DNA from: Octopus vulgaris
Lineage: Eukaryota
NCBI GenBank assembly: GCA_951406725.2
Contig: OX597815.1
Coordinates: 116,126,001 to 116,190,000 of the forward strand
DNA length: 64,000 nucleotides
Direction: 5' to 3'
Positions 26,261-39,789 of the stretch are shown piece by piece (positions within the stretch are counted from its first letter, which is position 1; every line of letters starts with the position of its first letter). The notes beneath the pieces were generated by a model. That model was not told where the DNA came from and ran no database searches. It was given only the letters and a program-made list of their open reading frames with translations. The translations under genes were made by a program, and so were the position numbers.

Positions 26261-26749
26261 ATATATATATATATGTTTATGTGAATATATACAGAAATAC
26301 AAACATATATGTATAGTATGTATATATGGAAATGTATATATGTGTTTGACAAAATGTTTGTATTTCTGTATATATCTATATAAACACACACACATATGTA
26401 TATATACACAAATATATTGAGAGAGGGTAGAGGGAGGGGACAGAAAGTGTGAGAGTGAGTGAAATACGGATATATGTATGTATATGTATATATCATTTAT
26501 ATATATACCAACATTACACATATATTTAAATAAAGCTATTGTTCCAAGGAGATAACACATTCTCTAACAACTTACCTTAAAAGGATTGGTAAAATATCAA
26601 ATGAGCAGTTCAAAAGTGTTTTCACCTGTCTGATGGGAAACAAGCCACTTGAGTTCTTGGCCACCAAAGCTCTGCATAGGTAGGTGGCAACCATCGATTA
26701 CATTGACAGAATATAAGTTGTAATATCGGCCACAGATGAAATGAGTTTA

Positions 26750-27750
26750 TATATGCAGCGGGTGCCAATGGATTTCCTGCTATCCTGCAGAAAACCTATG
26801 AATATGCTTTAGGTAGGTCACTCCAGATAATTTTTCAAAGACTCTTGGCAAGTTGGAAATTCCCGAAAAAGCTAAAGGAAGGAGTAATATGTCATTTTCT
26901 TAAAGATAGTAGCAGAGTGGATGCTAAGAATTACAGACCTATCTCTCTGACTTCATATATCAGTAAAGTCATGGAAAGAATTATCAAAATAAATAAATAA
27001 ATAATCACCTTCCTAGATGAAAATTACTTGCTGACTAACATTCAGCAGTCGCCTAATACATCTCCTGCAGTACTATGCCTACGTGTTGGAACAGCTGCTC
27101 AACCATTCGAACGTGAATGTACGATGTCTCAACTCTGTGGAAACCTTCGATAAAGTCAATCATAGGATGATGTATCGCAAACTACGTGATGTCGGCATAG
27201 TTGACGAAATGACTTTTTAAGAGGCAGAAATCTGATGGTAGCAGCCAATAGTGCTCTCTCAAGGGAAACACCGATTTTGAGTGTAGTCTTACACTGTTGT
27301 GTTCTGGTGCCATTGCTATTTATGGTACCTCTATTGGACACGCCCTCGATTCGACAAACATGCACTCTCACTAGCTATGTTGATGATACAAAAGTATCTC
27401 AATCTATTGCGAAACTTGGTGATGTCCCAAACGTACATCAAAACCCTATTACAATCAACATGCGGTCGGAAGAAAAATAACGCAATTTAACGCTTGAGAG
27501 TCCCAAGACGTCAGCCAACAAACACTCCATAACCAAGATAATCTAGAGGGACTGGAATCTCAGGGTTATAGCCAGTGCGTAACCTAGGGATAAATATGAG
27601 AAATGACACATCTTCCCATGTATACATTACCAAGATGAATCGATGTGAAGAGGCTGGAAGAATGGATCCTGAGATGATTCGGTACAAGAGATCAGGAACC
27701 ATGTTGATTCTGTAAAGATCACTTGTCCTCAGCCCTCCTTACTACTGTTC
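26750..27750 (+). mobile_element. CR1-clade LINE reverse-transcriptase relic
   Basis: AAGANGFPAIL..NYRPISLTSYISKVMERII..SYVDDTKV; many stops. Confidence 0.85.
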
Positions 27751-28385
27751 ACACACACCGCCATAAACACACACATACATATGAAATACAAGCAGTAAGA
27801 TGACGATACCAATATGGCATAAGCTTAAGAGCGGTTACGATTCTTTCATTACCAGTCCACTTCAAGCCACGTTGCATATACCTGATTATATGTCAATCTA
27901 TATATATATATGAGCATGTTTTTTTGGTTGTATGTTATGTGTCTGCCTATATTGTGTTCCTTAACGTTTGTAATCAAGAGATTCGGCAAACAGGATTCGA
28001 TAAAATAAGTGCCAGACGGAGATAGAGACCTACTAAACACTTGAAATCACTATACCAACGTAAATGCAATGAAGTGCTTCAAACTAATAAAAGAAGTGTG
28101 TATAAGTATATACAAAATCTCTCATATATATATGCATATACATACATATATACATATATATATACACATATATACATACATATGTTATGTGTGTATCTGT
28201 ATGTATGTATGTATGTATGTATGTATGTATGTATGTATGTATGTATGTATGTATGTATGTATGTATGCATGTATGTATGTATGTATGTATGTATGTATGT
28301 ATGCATGCATGCATGTATGTATGTATGTATGTATGTATGTATGTATGTATGTATGTATGTATGTATGTATATATATATATATATA

Positions 28386-29472
28386 GAAATTCGGGGTGAG
28401 TACTTGATAATTATAAGCACCTGTGTATACCGTTTGGTGGTGTAGGTGGTGGAGTAAATTGATCAAAATAAAAATAAAAACATGAGGCGAAGGATTCAGC
28501 GGTACATATGTTTCGGGCCTTTATTAGACAGATTTATAACAAAGCATAATGTATGTCTGTGGCCTTCTTCAGCCGCGCACAACAGCTTCCACAAGGACAT
28601 GTGTTACATCAAAAATTCTTGGTTGGGGATGCAAATCCTCCCGTTCACGTACGACATAATGCGGCAGCAGCATAGAATTGAAGCGTCCATCTCTTTCTTC
28701 TCTCAATGTAGAATGAGGAAACTTGGATGTTGAGGTAATGTAAATAAATAAATACGTATATAGAGGTGAAGATGGAGGGGCGAGAGTTCGGGACGAGGGA
28801 TAAAAAATATATATAAAAAATGTACGTATAGAATAATATAAAAATGTAGAGGATAAAGATATAAAGAGTTGTAAGGAGATGTAAAGGGGTATAAAGAAAT
28901 ATAAAGAAATATAAATAAATGTAAAGGCATAAGGTTGTAAAGTAAAAATAGAAATGGAAATAATAGTAAAAGAAGTAAAAGAACCTGATAAAAACATGAT
29001 AAAAGTGTAAAAGAATGTAAAGATAAGGGATGTATAGAGGCCGCGGACCAAGCATGGTGGTCAGGAGATTGATAAAACTTAGTTGTAGAACTGTCAGTAA
29101 ATTAACAGTTTCGTCGTAAATCAGAGCTGATGAGAATTTAATCTGGTTCCTTAGATTAAATTCTTCACCTCTATATACGTATTTATTTATTTACATTACC
29201 TCAACATCCAAGTTTCCTCATTCTACATTGAGAGAAGAAAGAGATGGACGCTTCAATTCTATGCTGCTGCCGCATTATGTCGTACGTGAACGGGAGGATT
29301 TGCATCCCCAACCAAGAATTTTTGATGTAACACATGTCCTTGTGGAAGCTGTTGTGCGCGGCTGAAGAAGGCCACAGACATACATTATGCTTTGTTATAA
29401 ATCTGTCTAATAAAGGCCCGAAACATATGTACCGCTGAATCCTTCGCCTCATGTTTTTATTTTTATTTTGAT

Positions 29473-29476
<4 letters not shown>
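28386..29476. mobile_element. (TA)n-embedded element with apparently identical 315-bp inverted arms
   Basis: 28458-28772 is the reverse complement of 29162-29476; the identical ORF translations on both strands support this. Confidence 0.9.
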
Positions 29477-29515
<39 letters not shown>

Positions 29516-29652
29516 CTTTAAAAATACTTCAGCTTCAAAGCTGCGGTCATGCTAGGGCACTACCATTGACTGAGCTGCAACAATAGTTGAGACCTCCTTT
29601 CATAGGTAGCATTTGGTCGATGAGGGACTTTGATGCCGCAGTCCTCATCTAT

Positions 29653-29728
<76 letters not shown>

Positions 29729-29744
29729 GAATATGCATACACAC

Positions 29745-29775
<31 letters not shown>

Positions 29776-29904
29776 GATAGATGGGTAAGTAAATTGATAT
29801 ATGCATATATACGTATAGATAATAAATACATTTATATTTATATATTTTTATTTGCATATAAAATTGTTATAGCTTCATATGTATCGCATATATGATATAC
29901 TACG

Positions 29905-29953
<49 letters not shown>

Positions 29954-29995
29954 CATGTATGTATGTATGAATGTATGTATGTATGTATGTATATG

Positions 29996-30027
<32 letters not shown>

Positions 30028-30065
30028 TGTATGTATGTATATATATATATATATAGACATATATA

Positions 30066-30103
<38 letters not shown>

Positions 30104-30107
<4 letters not shown>

Positions 30108-30878
30108 AAGGCTTCGAATGATTTGTCTGTGTTCCGTGTTCGTCCCTTCCTGTATTTCTCGTTCATTATATATAAAAACATTCATTCTTATATTATTGCG
30201 GCGTTACGTGCACCCCCCCGTTTGTTTGTCCAATTTTAAACCCTGCACGACTTCTATACACACTGTCTTTTACTACCCGCCATTGCTTCTTCACCAAACT
30301 TTTTGGCGCCCTCCGATTCTTCCCCTCTCTTCCTCCCATCCTCCTTAATCCCTTCTTTCTCCTCTCTTGGTCACTGATTCTGTCCCCTGCCTTCCACCCT
30401 CTTTGATTCCCTCTCTCTCTGTCTCTCTTTCTCTCTCTCCTGCGACCTGCTGCTTCTTCAACCATTCTGTTGGCCTTCGTATCTCGACCAACATGTGTCC
30501 CCGCTACCGAAACGGTAATTATTTCTACGCCAGCTGCTATGTTGTTGTTGTTTTGTCTCATTTGGTCTAAAGTCGTATGACAACCACCGTTATATATGTT
30601 TTGTTTTTTCATTACTGTTTTCAATTTCGTTTTCGTCTCTTGTATTCACATCCGTCTTGTGCGTTCACATTCCTGTCTTCTACCAAGAAATCTAATGCTT
30701 ACAGCTTAGTTTTTTTCTTGGGGCTGGCCGAGTTGGAGCAAATATCAGAATTGAACAGCCGAAATTTGCTATGATGATTCGGTGTCTGACTGAAGATTGA
30801 AGGCTTCGAATGATTTGTCTGTGTTCCGTGTTCGTCCCTTCCTGTATTTCTCGTTCATTATATATAAAAACATTCATT

Positions 30879-30885
<7 letters not shown>
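30104..30885 (+). mobile_element. (TA)n-embedded non-coding element with 90-bp direct terminal redundancy
   Basis: 30104-30193 equals 30796-30885; unit 692 bp; TA runs on both sides. Confidence 0.85.
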
Positions 30886-30946
<61 letters not shown>

Positions 30947-31024
30947 TATATATATTCATACATTTTATAAAGTATGTATGCATGTTATATATTACATGTG
31001 TGTGTAAATATGTATTTATTTATG

Positions 31025-31109
<85 letters not shown>

Positions 31110-31754
31110 ATGAATATATAGACATATATATATATATATGTACACACATATATATATATATCCACAAATCTATCTATCTATCTAGCCAAAGATAATCGGG
31201 TTCAGTAGTGGTTTCCACTCTCCATTCCAGTAACCATTTTAGGACTACACTGGACATCAATCTTGAGGCAGGCGAATGTGCGGAATACGAGCTAAATTAT
31301 AGAAATAGTAATAATAAGTAGCAAACGTGCGTGGTATTCAGTGCTTTGTAGAACATACCCCGTTTCAAATGCCACAATGTTTACATAATAGAATTATTTC
31401 GGCATTTGAAACGCGTACGTCCTATAAAGTATCGAATACCACACCTGGTTTCTGCTTATTATCGATTGATTTACACACACACACACACACACTTCGGTAT
31501 GTATGTATGTATGTATGTATGTATGTATGTATGTATGTATGTATGTATGTATGTATGTATGTATGTATGTATGTATGTATGTATGCATGTATCTATGTGT
31601 GCGTGTGTGTATGTTATTTTAAAAAAAGGAGAAAGAGAGAGAGAGAGAAATTGTGAGGGTGTGCACACCTGCGTTTGTATGTTAAGTATTAGTGTGTTGT
31701 TTGTGTTGATGTGCATGGATGATATTTCTGTTGTTGTTGCCAGGAATAACAATA

Positions 31755-31975
31755 ATTTCTTTCCACTATAGGTCCAAGGCCTGATATTTTGGGAGAAGGG
31801 GCTTGTCGATTACATCAACCCCACTGCTCAGCTGGTACGCATTTCATCGGCCCCGAAAGGATGAGATGCAAAATCGACCACAGCGGAATTCGAACTAAGA
31901 ACGCAAGGGCAGAAGGACGGACGAAATAGCGCTGAGCATTTTGTCCGGAGTGCTAACGGTTCTGCCAGCTCGCTT
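31755..31975 (-). mobile_element. SINE family A
   Basis: Similarity to other copies. Confidence 0.75.
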
Positions 31976-32046
31976 CATTGCAAAAGATAGAATTAATAAA
32001 AAATGTTTTCTTGGAATACAAACGGGCATGCATGTGTGTGTGTGTG

Positions 32047-32155
<109 letters not shown>

Positions 32156-32329
32156 TGTGTGATGTGTGTGTGTGTGTAAATAAACCCACGTAAAAAGCCA
32201 GTGACTTGATAGCATATGCGATACTTTCGCTAATTGTTTTAGGTGCCTGTGTAATCGCGAGCATATAATGACACCTTCTAAAGTCTTTGATGCTGGGCCC
32301 AGAGGAATATCAAAGATGTGACAACTTGA

Positions 32330-32500
32330 GGATGAGAAGGTTGCACCTGCACAGAGCTAGTTCTCGTTTACCTTTGAATTGATTGGAGTCATGCCAAATA
32401 AAAGTAATTTGCTTAAGGACACAAACTGATGCCTGGCCCTGAAATCGAACCCACATCCTTATCAACGCAATCCAAACTCTCTAACGGCTACGCTATGCAC
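32330..32500 (-). mobile_element. tRNA-derived SINE (other family); related copy at about 33860-34100
   Basis: Reverse complement TAGCGTAGCCGTTAGAG..GGGTTCGATTTC..TGTGTCCTTAAGCAA. Confidence 0.5.
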
Positions 32501-32663
32501 CCTCTCTACGCCTACTTGAACGCGCGCGCACATTCACGCTCTCTCTCTCACACACGTACATACATATAAACGCGCATACTCACGCATAGGCAAGCACATG
32601 CACATGCATACATACATTAATATATCCATACATACGTACACGCACGCATGCACTCACGCACGC

Positions 32664-32728
<65 letters not shown>

Positions 32729-33212
32729 ATTATTACTTTAAAATACTTCATAGTGGTTTATGTAAGAAATTTACCTTTGTAACATTAAAAAAAAGTGTTG
32801 CGAGATAAAAAGAACAAGAAAGAGAGAAAGCGCGCAAGAGAGAGAGAGAGAGAGAGAGAGAGACGTACATAATAACTTAAAAACTATATCGAAAATAATA
32901 TACGGTACTTACGTCGACAATTATATTCTGTAATGTAGTGCGTGCTAACGGTAGTGCATTTATACAAGTGTTGTCTGCATCAATGACTGATGACGTCAGC
33001 ACGATCAACCAATCGTAACAGCTAGAAGCTATTGCAAAATGAACTTACTCGCTGGGTTTGCGCCGTTTGTTAGTGAGATTATCTTTGAAAAACAATTTAT
33101 TTTCCCCGTAAACACCAAGCATAGAATTGATAGTTTGCTTGATAACTCTTCGTGTGTAAATGTGTGTGCACGTATATGTGTTTTTGTATTACGTTTCTTT
33201 CTTTTATTATTT

Positions 33213-33323
<111 letters not shown>

Positions 33324-35212
33324 CTGCTTTCATATTCGCAGTTTTCCTTCTCTTAACTGATTTACAGTACCAACGGATTTGAATTACCTATTCATCACGC
33401 TTTCTTTTTCTTCTTTACTTCCTTTTCTCAATTCCTTTGTTAGTTTCCTCGTTTCTTTTCTCTCTCTCTCTCTCTCTTTTTTCTTTTTTGCTTTCATTTC
33501 CCTTACCCCTTCTATCTTATTCGTTAATATCCTATTATGAAAAAGACTGGAAAGGTTGATTGATACTTGTAAATGTACAAATAGATGATGCTCTGGTCGA
33601 TTATTTGATTGATGAGATAATGGATAGAAGGATAAATACATAAATAGAATATAGTTTAGAAACACAGACACTACATCATCAGAAAATGGTTGCACGCTTT
33701 AGAATATTTGCGTTAGGTGTAAGCTTGATTAACAATAGGTATATCCTGGCTCACTGAAATCCTTGCATCCAGGAAATGGAATAGTTATGTCAGACACAAC
33801 TCTGTTCATACAAACTGCATTAGTTAAAGTTCGTCTCAAACCAAAAGACTCATTAAACCGGAGCTTATGCCGATTTTAGTCGTATACACAATTGAAAGTG
33901 TAAAACTTCTGTTCTCCTGAACGGGGTGTTAGTTTATCGCAGAGTTAACCCTTTAGCTGCCACTGATAGTAATTTCAGCTGAATGAGCTAAAGTAACATG
34001 AGAGATGAAACGCTTTGCTTTCGAATAAAATACACAACCTAGTCCGGGAATCGAACCTATGATTTTACAATCGCTCAAGATCTTAGCCACTAGGCCAAAT
34101 GTCATTATTTATATTAGACAGATATATTGGATGAATGTTACCATAGACTGCACTGACTCATAAAGCTTCTGCAGTTTTTCAAAGACATAAATTAAAGATT
34201 CCCGTAATGGATTAATTCTCTGAGATAAGCAGATGAGGCAGATCTTCCCTTTGAGAGAACAATGAGGCATTAAAAAAGAAAGGATTGGTACCTATTTCTA
34301 AAAGATTATCATGATGAGTAAGATGACCACCCAATCACACAACTAAGCACCTGCAGAGGATATCTTATCCAAGGACTAGTTTATACCCCACGTAACAAAA
34401 ATACACACGCGTGTTCCCATATACGTATATCTATATCTATAAAATATGTATATAAATGTGTGTGTGTGTGTGTGTGTGTGAGTGTGTGTGTGTGTGTGTG
34501 TGTGTATCTGTGTGTGTATGTGTGTGTGTGTGCTAATAGCTGTGCCTTTATACAAGGCATCATTAACTCATGACGCGAGCACAACCAGCCAATCGTAACA
34601 GTCATACTCCTTCTGCAGTTTGCCATCTTGTAGAAAATTTGCCCCCTTTTTTTTTGTTGGTTTAAAATAGAAATACAGAATCCACTCACAATTTAATATT
34701 TAGTATTGTATTTAAGAAAAAAAGAATTTTTTCTTCCATCATATGCATTAATCTTTATTGTAAATCATAAAATGAAGGTTTAAGTCTTAAAAAGTTAGTA
34801 TTTTATATGGTCGCTTCATTTTTCCATCATTTCTAGGCACACGTTTTGACATCTTTACAACTCATCGATAAAGCCTTTTAGCAATTGGTCTTATGCGCTT
34901 ATAAGACAATTTAAAAATCTTCATCATACCCGTAACCCAATCCTTTTACACTTCTTGCTCAAAAGTTAACTCCGAACAGATTCATGCTACACAAATCGAT
35001 CAAGTATCAAGTTGTGCAGGCCTTGCCTTCTTCTGTATAGTTAAACCATGTTTGTGATTGCTTATTTGTTTTATCTTTGATCAAATATCGACTGTTACTG
35101 AAACAGTTTCTGGTTTTATTATCCACATTATTTTTTTGTTCTTTCTTTAGTTTAAGGTCAGCCACGGTTGAGTACACATACGAAAAAGATTATCAATATT
35201 ATTCGTGTCTAA

Positions 35213-35660
35213 AGCAGCGAGCTGGCAGAATCGTTAACATGCCGGACAAAATACTTAGCGGCATTTCGTCTATCTTTACGTTCTGAGTTCAAATTCCGAC
35301 GAGGCCCACTGTACCTTTCATTCTTTCGGGGTCGATGAAATAAGTACCAGTTGTGTACTGGGGTCGATGTAATCTGGTTACTCATTCAATCGAAATTGCT
35401 GGCCTTGTGCCAAAATTTGAAATCGTTATTACTTTGGTCTTGAAGGCGGCGAGCTAGCAGAATCGTTAGGACGCCTGGCAAAATGCTTAGCGGCATTTCG
35501 TCTATTTTTACTTTCCGAGTTCAAATTCCATCGAGGTTGACTTAGTCTTTTAACTTTCTGAGGTCGATAAAATAAGTACCAGTTGAGTACTGGAGTCGAT
35601 GTACTCGATTTACCCCTCCCCTAAATTGCTGGCCTAGTGCCAAAATGAGAAATCATTATT
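35213..35660 (+). mobile_element. Tandem pair of SINE family A copies
   Basis: Two complete copies at about 35213-35425 and 35443-35660. Confidence 0.85.
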
Positions 35661-36349
35661 ACTCTGGTCTTAAAATTTCACTTTCTTATAAAGGAAACTT
35701 TCTCCATACTTCACTGATATCTTCGAATTATTATTATTTTTTTTTTCGGCTGTATTTGGAAATTACTTGATCAATGGAATACTTAAAGATGGGCGTTTTT
35801 GAAACACATTTTCAAGATCTAAAGAGTCAAGAGCTTGTAATTAATGAACATACTAGATGACACAGACTGTTTGTACATTCGGCTTAGTTTCACATAAAAA
35901 TCCAATGTCTTAAGTTGAAAGACTTCGAGTTCTTCGGTTCGGATTCTTGAAGAATACTTTAGAAAGATACTTTCAGTTCATTGCTACACTATATATTTCA
36001 TTTAAGGAAAGTAAATTGAAGCATCAGTGATATTAACTTTAGGTTTGCCTGCATCTTTTAGTACTTGACTATTAATAAATTAACAGGAATACCTTTCATA
36101 CTAGCGTTAACAGAAGCACTTAGACTATGAATACTTAAGCTCTCAGCTTGAAGCTGTAAATATATTTTATTTACATATAGTAGAATAAAAGTTAGAAATG
36201 CAAAGTACAATTTCACAATTGGATTTTGAAAAGCTTTTAGTGTTGTAGATAATGAAATTATTCTATGTAATACTACAGTATTACAGTATCACAGTATCGA
36301 CCAGATGTTATACATCACTGATTACAATGTGCTTACAAACCCATCTTGA

Positions 36350-36575
36350 GTGCCCCTTTCTTTTCTTCCTTGACCAAATTGCTTAACTAGATAGTCTTCC
36401 CATCGTTGTGGAGGCCTCCCAACTGTCCTTTGCTGATCTCTTGAATGCCACTCGGCAACTGCACGGGTCCACCTGTTGTCTATGAACCTTGTGATATGTC
36501 CGCCCCAGCGGAACTTCTATTTTCGATGCTTTGCGATCACATCATTCACTCCGCTTCGTTCTTAAACGATCTCAT
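36350..36575 (-). mobile_element. RTE-like LINE 3' fragment
   Basis: KFRWGGHITRFIDNRWTRAVAEWHSRDQQRTVGRPPQRWED. Confidence 0.7.
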
Positions 36576-37065
36576 CTTAAAAGCTAAAACAATGTAATAA
36601 AATTGAAGTAAAAAAAAAATACGACAAATGCTGATTATGGATTCAGTAGTCAGTTTAGCACTAACTGAAGTAATAACCTTCATGTATAACAATGACGTAA
36701 TCTTTTTTCTTATTAGGATCGGAACATGGAAGTGGAAGTTCTAAACATGTGCATGATGCATAGGTATGTATATATGTATGTATGTATGTTTGTATGTATA
36801 CATGTATGTATGTATGTATGTATAAACACACACACACACATACATATACATATGCACACACACACATATACATATACATTAGCATATCTTAATGTATTGG
36901 CTGGCATACACAGGTTTCTACAAAGCGATATGGTATTTTCTTCTGTAGAAGACTTTAAGCAACAAGTTTTTATCTCATAATACATCTGCAGTATTATTTG
37001 CATAATCTATGACGCTTTTAAATGGTACAGCATGTTTTACAAAATTAAATAAATAAATAAATAAC

Positions 37066-37133
<68 letters not shown>

Positions 37134-37144
37134 TTCTCTATTGT

Positions 37145-37586
37145 TGTTGTGCGGTAAGAAGTTTGCTTCTCAACCACATGGTTCCGGGTTCGGGTTCTTC
37201 TTCTCTAGCCTCGGGCTGACCGAAACCAGGTGGATGGATTTATTAGACGAGAACTGAAAGAAGCCCGTCGTATGTATGTATGCGTGTATGTATGTATGTA
37301 TGTATGTATGTATGTATGTATGTATGTATGTATGTATGTATGTATGTATGTATGTATATGTGTGTGTCTTTGTGTTTGTCCCACACCACCACTGCTTGAC
37401 AACCGGTGTTGGTGTGTTTACGTCCCCGTAACTTAGCAGATCGCAAAAGAAGCTGATACCATAAGTACCAGGCTTTTAAATAAATAAGTACTGAAGTTGA
37501 TTTATTCGACTAAAAATCCCTCAATGCGGTGCCCCAGTATGGCGGCAATATAATGACTGAAACAAGTAAAAGATAAAAGATAAAAG
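37145..37586 (+). mobile_element. SINE family B
   Basis: Head, internal (TATG)n and GATAAAA tail. Confidence 0.8.
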
Positions 37587-37779
37587 ACAACTATAAAAAT
37601 ACCTCGAGCAGCATAGCGACCAATTTCCAATGGAGTTATAACATGCCAATTGTTCTTTTTTTAATATGGCTTTCATAAAATCTAGCTATTGAGGCAAGTT
37701 ATTTTTGTTATCGCGTGAGAGAGAAGCGCATTCCGTCAGAGTGACACTGGGGCACGAATATACGAAGCCTAATATAACC

Positions 37780-38155
37780 TGCGAGCTGGCAGAATCGTTA
37801 GCATGCCGGACAAAATGGTTACCAGTATTTCGTCCACCTTTACATTCTGAGTTCAAATACCTCCGAATTCGACTTTACTTTTCATTCTTTTGAGGTCGAT
37901 AGATTAAGTACCAGTGAAACTCTGGGGTCAATATAATCCACTAGTCCCCCCGATTCAAATTTCAGGTCTTGTGCCTTTCGTAAATAGGATTAGCGGCATT
38001 TCGTCCGTCTTTACGTTCTGAGTTCAAAACCCGCCGAGGTCGACTTTGCCATTTATCCTTTCGGGTTCGATAAATTAAGTACCAGTGAAACAGTGGGGTC
38101 GATGTAATTGACTAGTCCCCTCCCTCAAAATTTCAGGCTTTATTCTTTTATTAGA

Positions 38156-38160
<5 letters not shown>
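37780..38160 (+). mobile_element. Tandem SINE family A copies
   Basis: One full and one 5'-truncated copy. Confidence 0.8.
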
Positions 38161-38218
<58 letters not shown>

Positions 38219-38229
38219 TATTATTATTG

Positions 38230-38786
38230 AGTGAGAGAGCAGTGCGTGCCATCAAAATGACACTGGGGTAAAATATACGAAGCCCAGTATACCCATCATG
38301 ACTACGTGTCTGATAAGGGTACACCAGGTACATGCATCACAACCATATGTGCGTGACATGGTGATCTCATATCAAGATAAACAGCGCATGACCTTGCAGA
38401 TGGGGGCCCAGTTAGAATTTTCTTCTGGTCGAGTAGCCCATCCCGCTCAAAAGGTCCCTGAACAAGGGTTGTTTAAGGATGTTGAACGAACCACCCATGT
38501 TCCCAAAAGTGAATTATCCAAACCTCTAAGAATTCCTTTCAACACACGACAATGATGCTCTCCCACTACTTCTGCTCGTGATCAGAGATGCATATATCAT
38601 CAGTCACTAAGGGACATGGTCAACTGGTTAAGGTCAAACAACTGACAAGCAAATCTGTGGTATTGAGCAGAATAGTTGCTGTAGCCCATCTTTTATACCA
38701 AGACAAAACAATGTACATGATAACACTTCCAATCAGTTAAGATCAGGAGCCATGAGAGCCATTGTCTGGTACTGCATCAGGGCATA
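38230..38786 (-). mobile_element. Non-coding (TAA)n-tailed retroposon (possibly a non-autonomous Dong partner)
   Basis: Ends ..CTCTCTCACTC-(AAT)n; a short homolog of its 3' end lies at about 37715-37778; no ORF recognised. Confidence 0.5.
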
Positions 38787-38793
38787 ACTAACG

Positions 38794-38845
38794 TTCCCAT
38801 GCCGGGAATCGAACCCGGGCCGCCTAGGTGAAAGCCAGGAATCCT
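38794..38845 (-). pseudogene. 5'-truncated tRNA-Glu(TTC)
   Basis: Reverse complement AGGATTCCTGGCTTTCACCTAGGCGGCCCGGGTTCGATTCCCGGCATGGGAA corresponds to about positions 21-73 of eukaryotic tRNA-Glu; the 5' acceptor strand and most of the D arm are absent. Confidence 0.85.
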
Positions 38846-38879
38846 TGTTAATATTATCATTATTATTATTATTATTATT

Positions 38880-39692
38880 CAGTAGTTTTATTTTTATAGC
38901 GTGCTTTCACTTCACTACCGAGCGCAGCTCTGTGTGCCTTGGGTATGTGCTGTGATTTGTTGTGGTGCTCTGATGGTTATTGTATGGAAAATGTTCTGCG
39001 TAGGATGTGTGCAGTGCCTAGTAGTGCAATTTTCTGTATGTTATATGTGTTTGTAAGTCCTGGTGTTTTTGTTATGTATTTGTCTGAATTTTTTTTTTCA
39101 TGCCTAATGCACCTACTATGATAGGAATTGTTTCTGTTTTCAGATTCCACATTCTAGTTACCTCTATTTCCAGGTCTTTGTATTTTGAGAGTTTCTCCAT
39201 TTCTTTTAGAGACACGTTGTCATCAGCCGGTATTGATACATCAATTAGAAAGCATTTTTTTTCATGATCTCTGACAACTATATCTGGTCTGTTGGCCTTA
39301 ATTTCTCTATCTGTGTGTATCGGCATATCCCAGAGTATGGTTGCTTTCTCGTTTTCTGTGACCTTTTCTGGTGTGTGCCTATACCATCTTTTTTCTGTTG
39401 TTATTCCATAATGTTGGCATAGCTTCCAATGTATGTAGGTTCCAACTCTGTCATGTCTGTGAATATATTCCTTCTTAGCCAGGACTGGGCAGCTAGAGAT
39501 AATATGATTTATTGTTTCTTGTCCATCTCCACATATTCTGCAGTTACTTGTAATATTTCTTTTCATTACATGTTTTTGGTAATTTCTGGTGGGGAGGCTT
39601 TGGTCTTGTGCTGCAATTCATTGCTGGGATTTTTCTTTGTCTATTTCTTTTGCGTTTAGTTTAGTGCAGTATTTACCATGAAGGGGCTTTTC
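38880..39692 (-). mobile_element. R4/Dong-clade LINE 3' fragment (CCHC zinc knuckle plus restriction-like endonuclease) in (TAA)n
   Basis: EKPLHGKY..AAQDQSLPTRNY..CRICGDGQETINHIISSC..RHD..NRPDIVV..LIDVSIP..EKLSKYKDL..PIIVGALG; TAA tracts at both ends. Confidence 0.9.
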
Positions 39693-39716
39693 TTCTTCTT
39701 CTTCTTCTTCTTCTTC

Positions 39717-39789
<73 letters not shown>

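Noticed and set aside
28482-29452. Two identical 83-aa ORFs on opposite strands
   Set aside because: A by-product of the inverted repeat; no recognisable domain.
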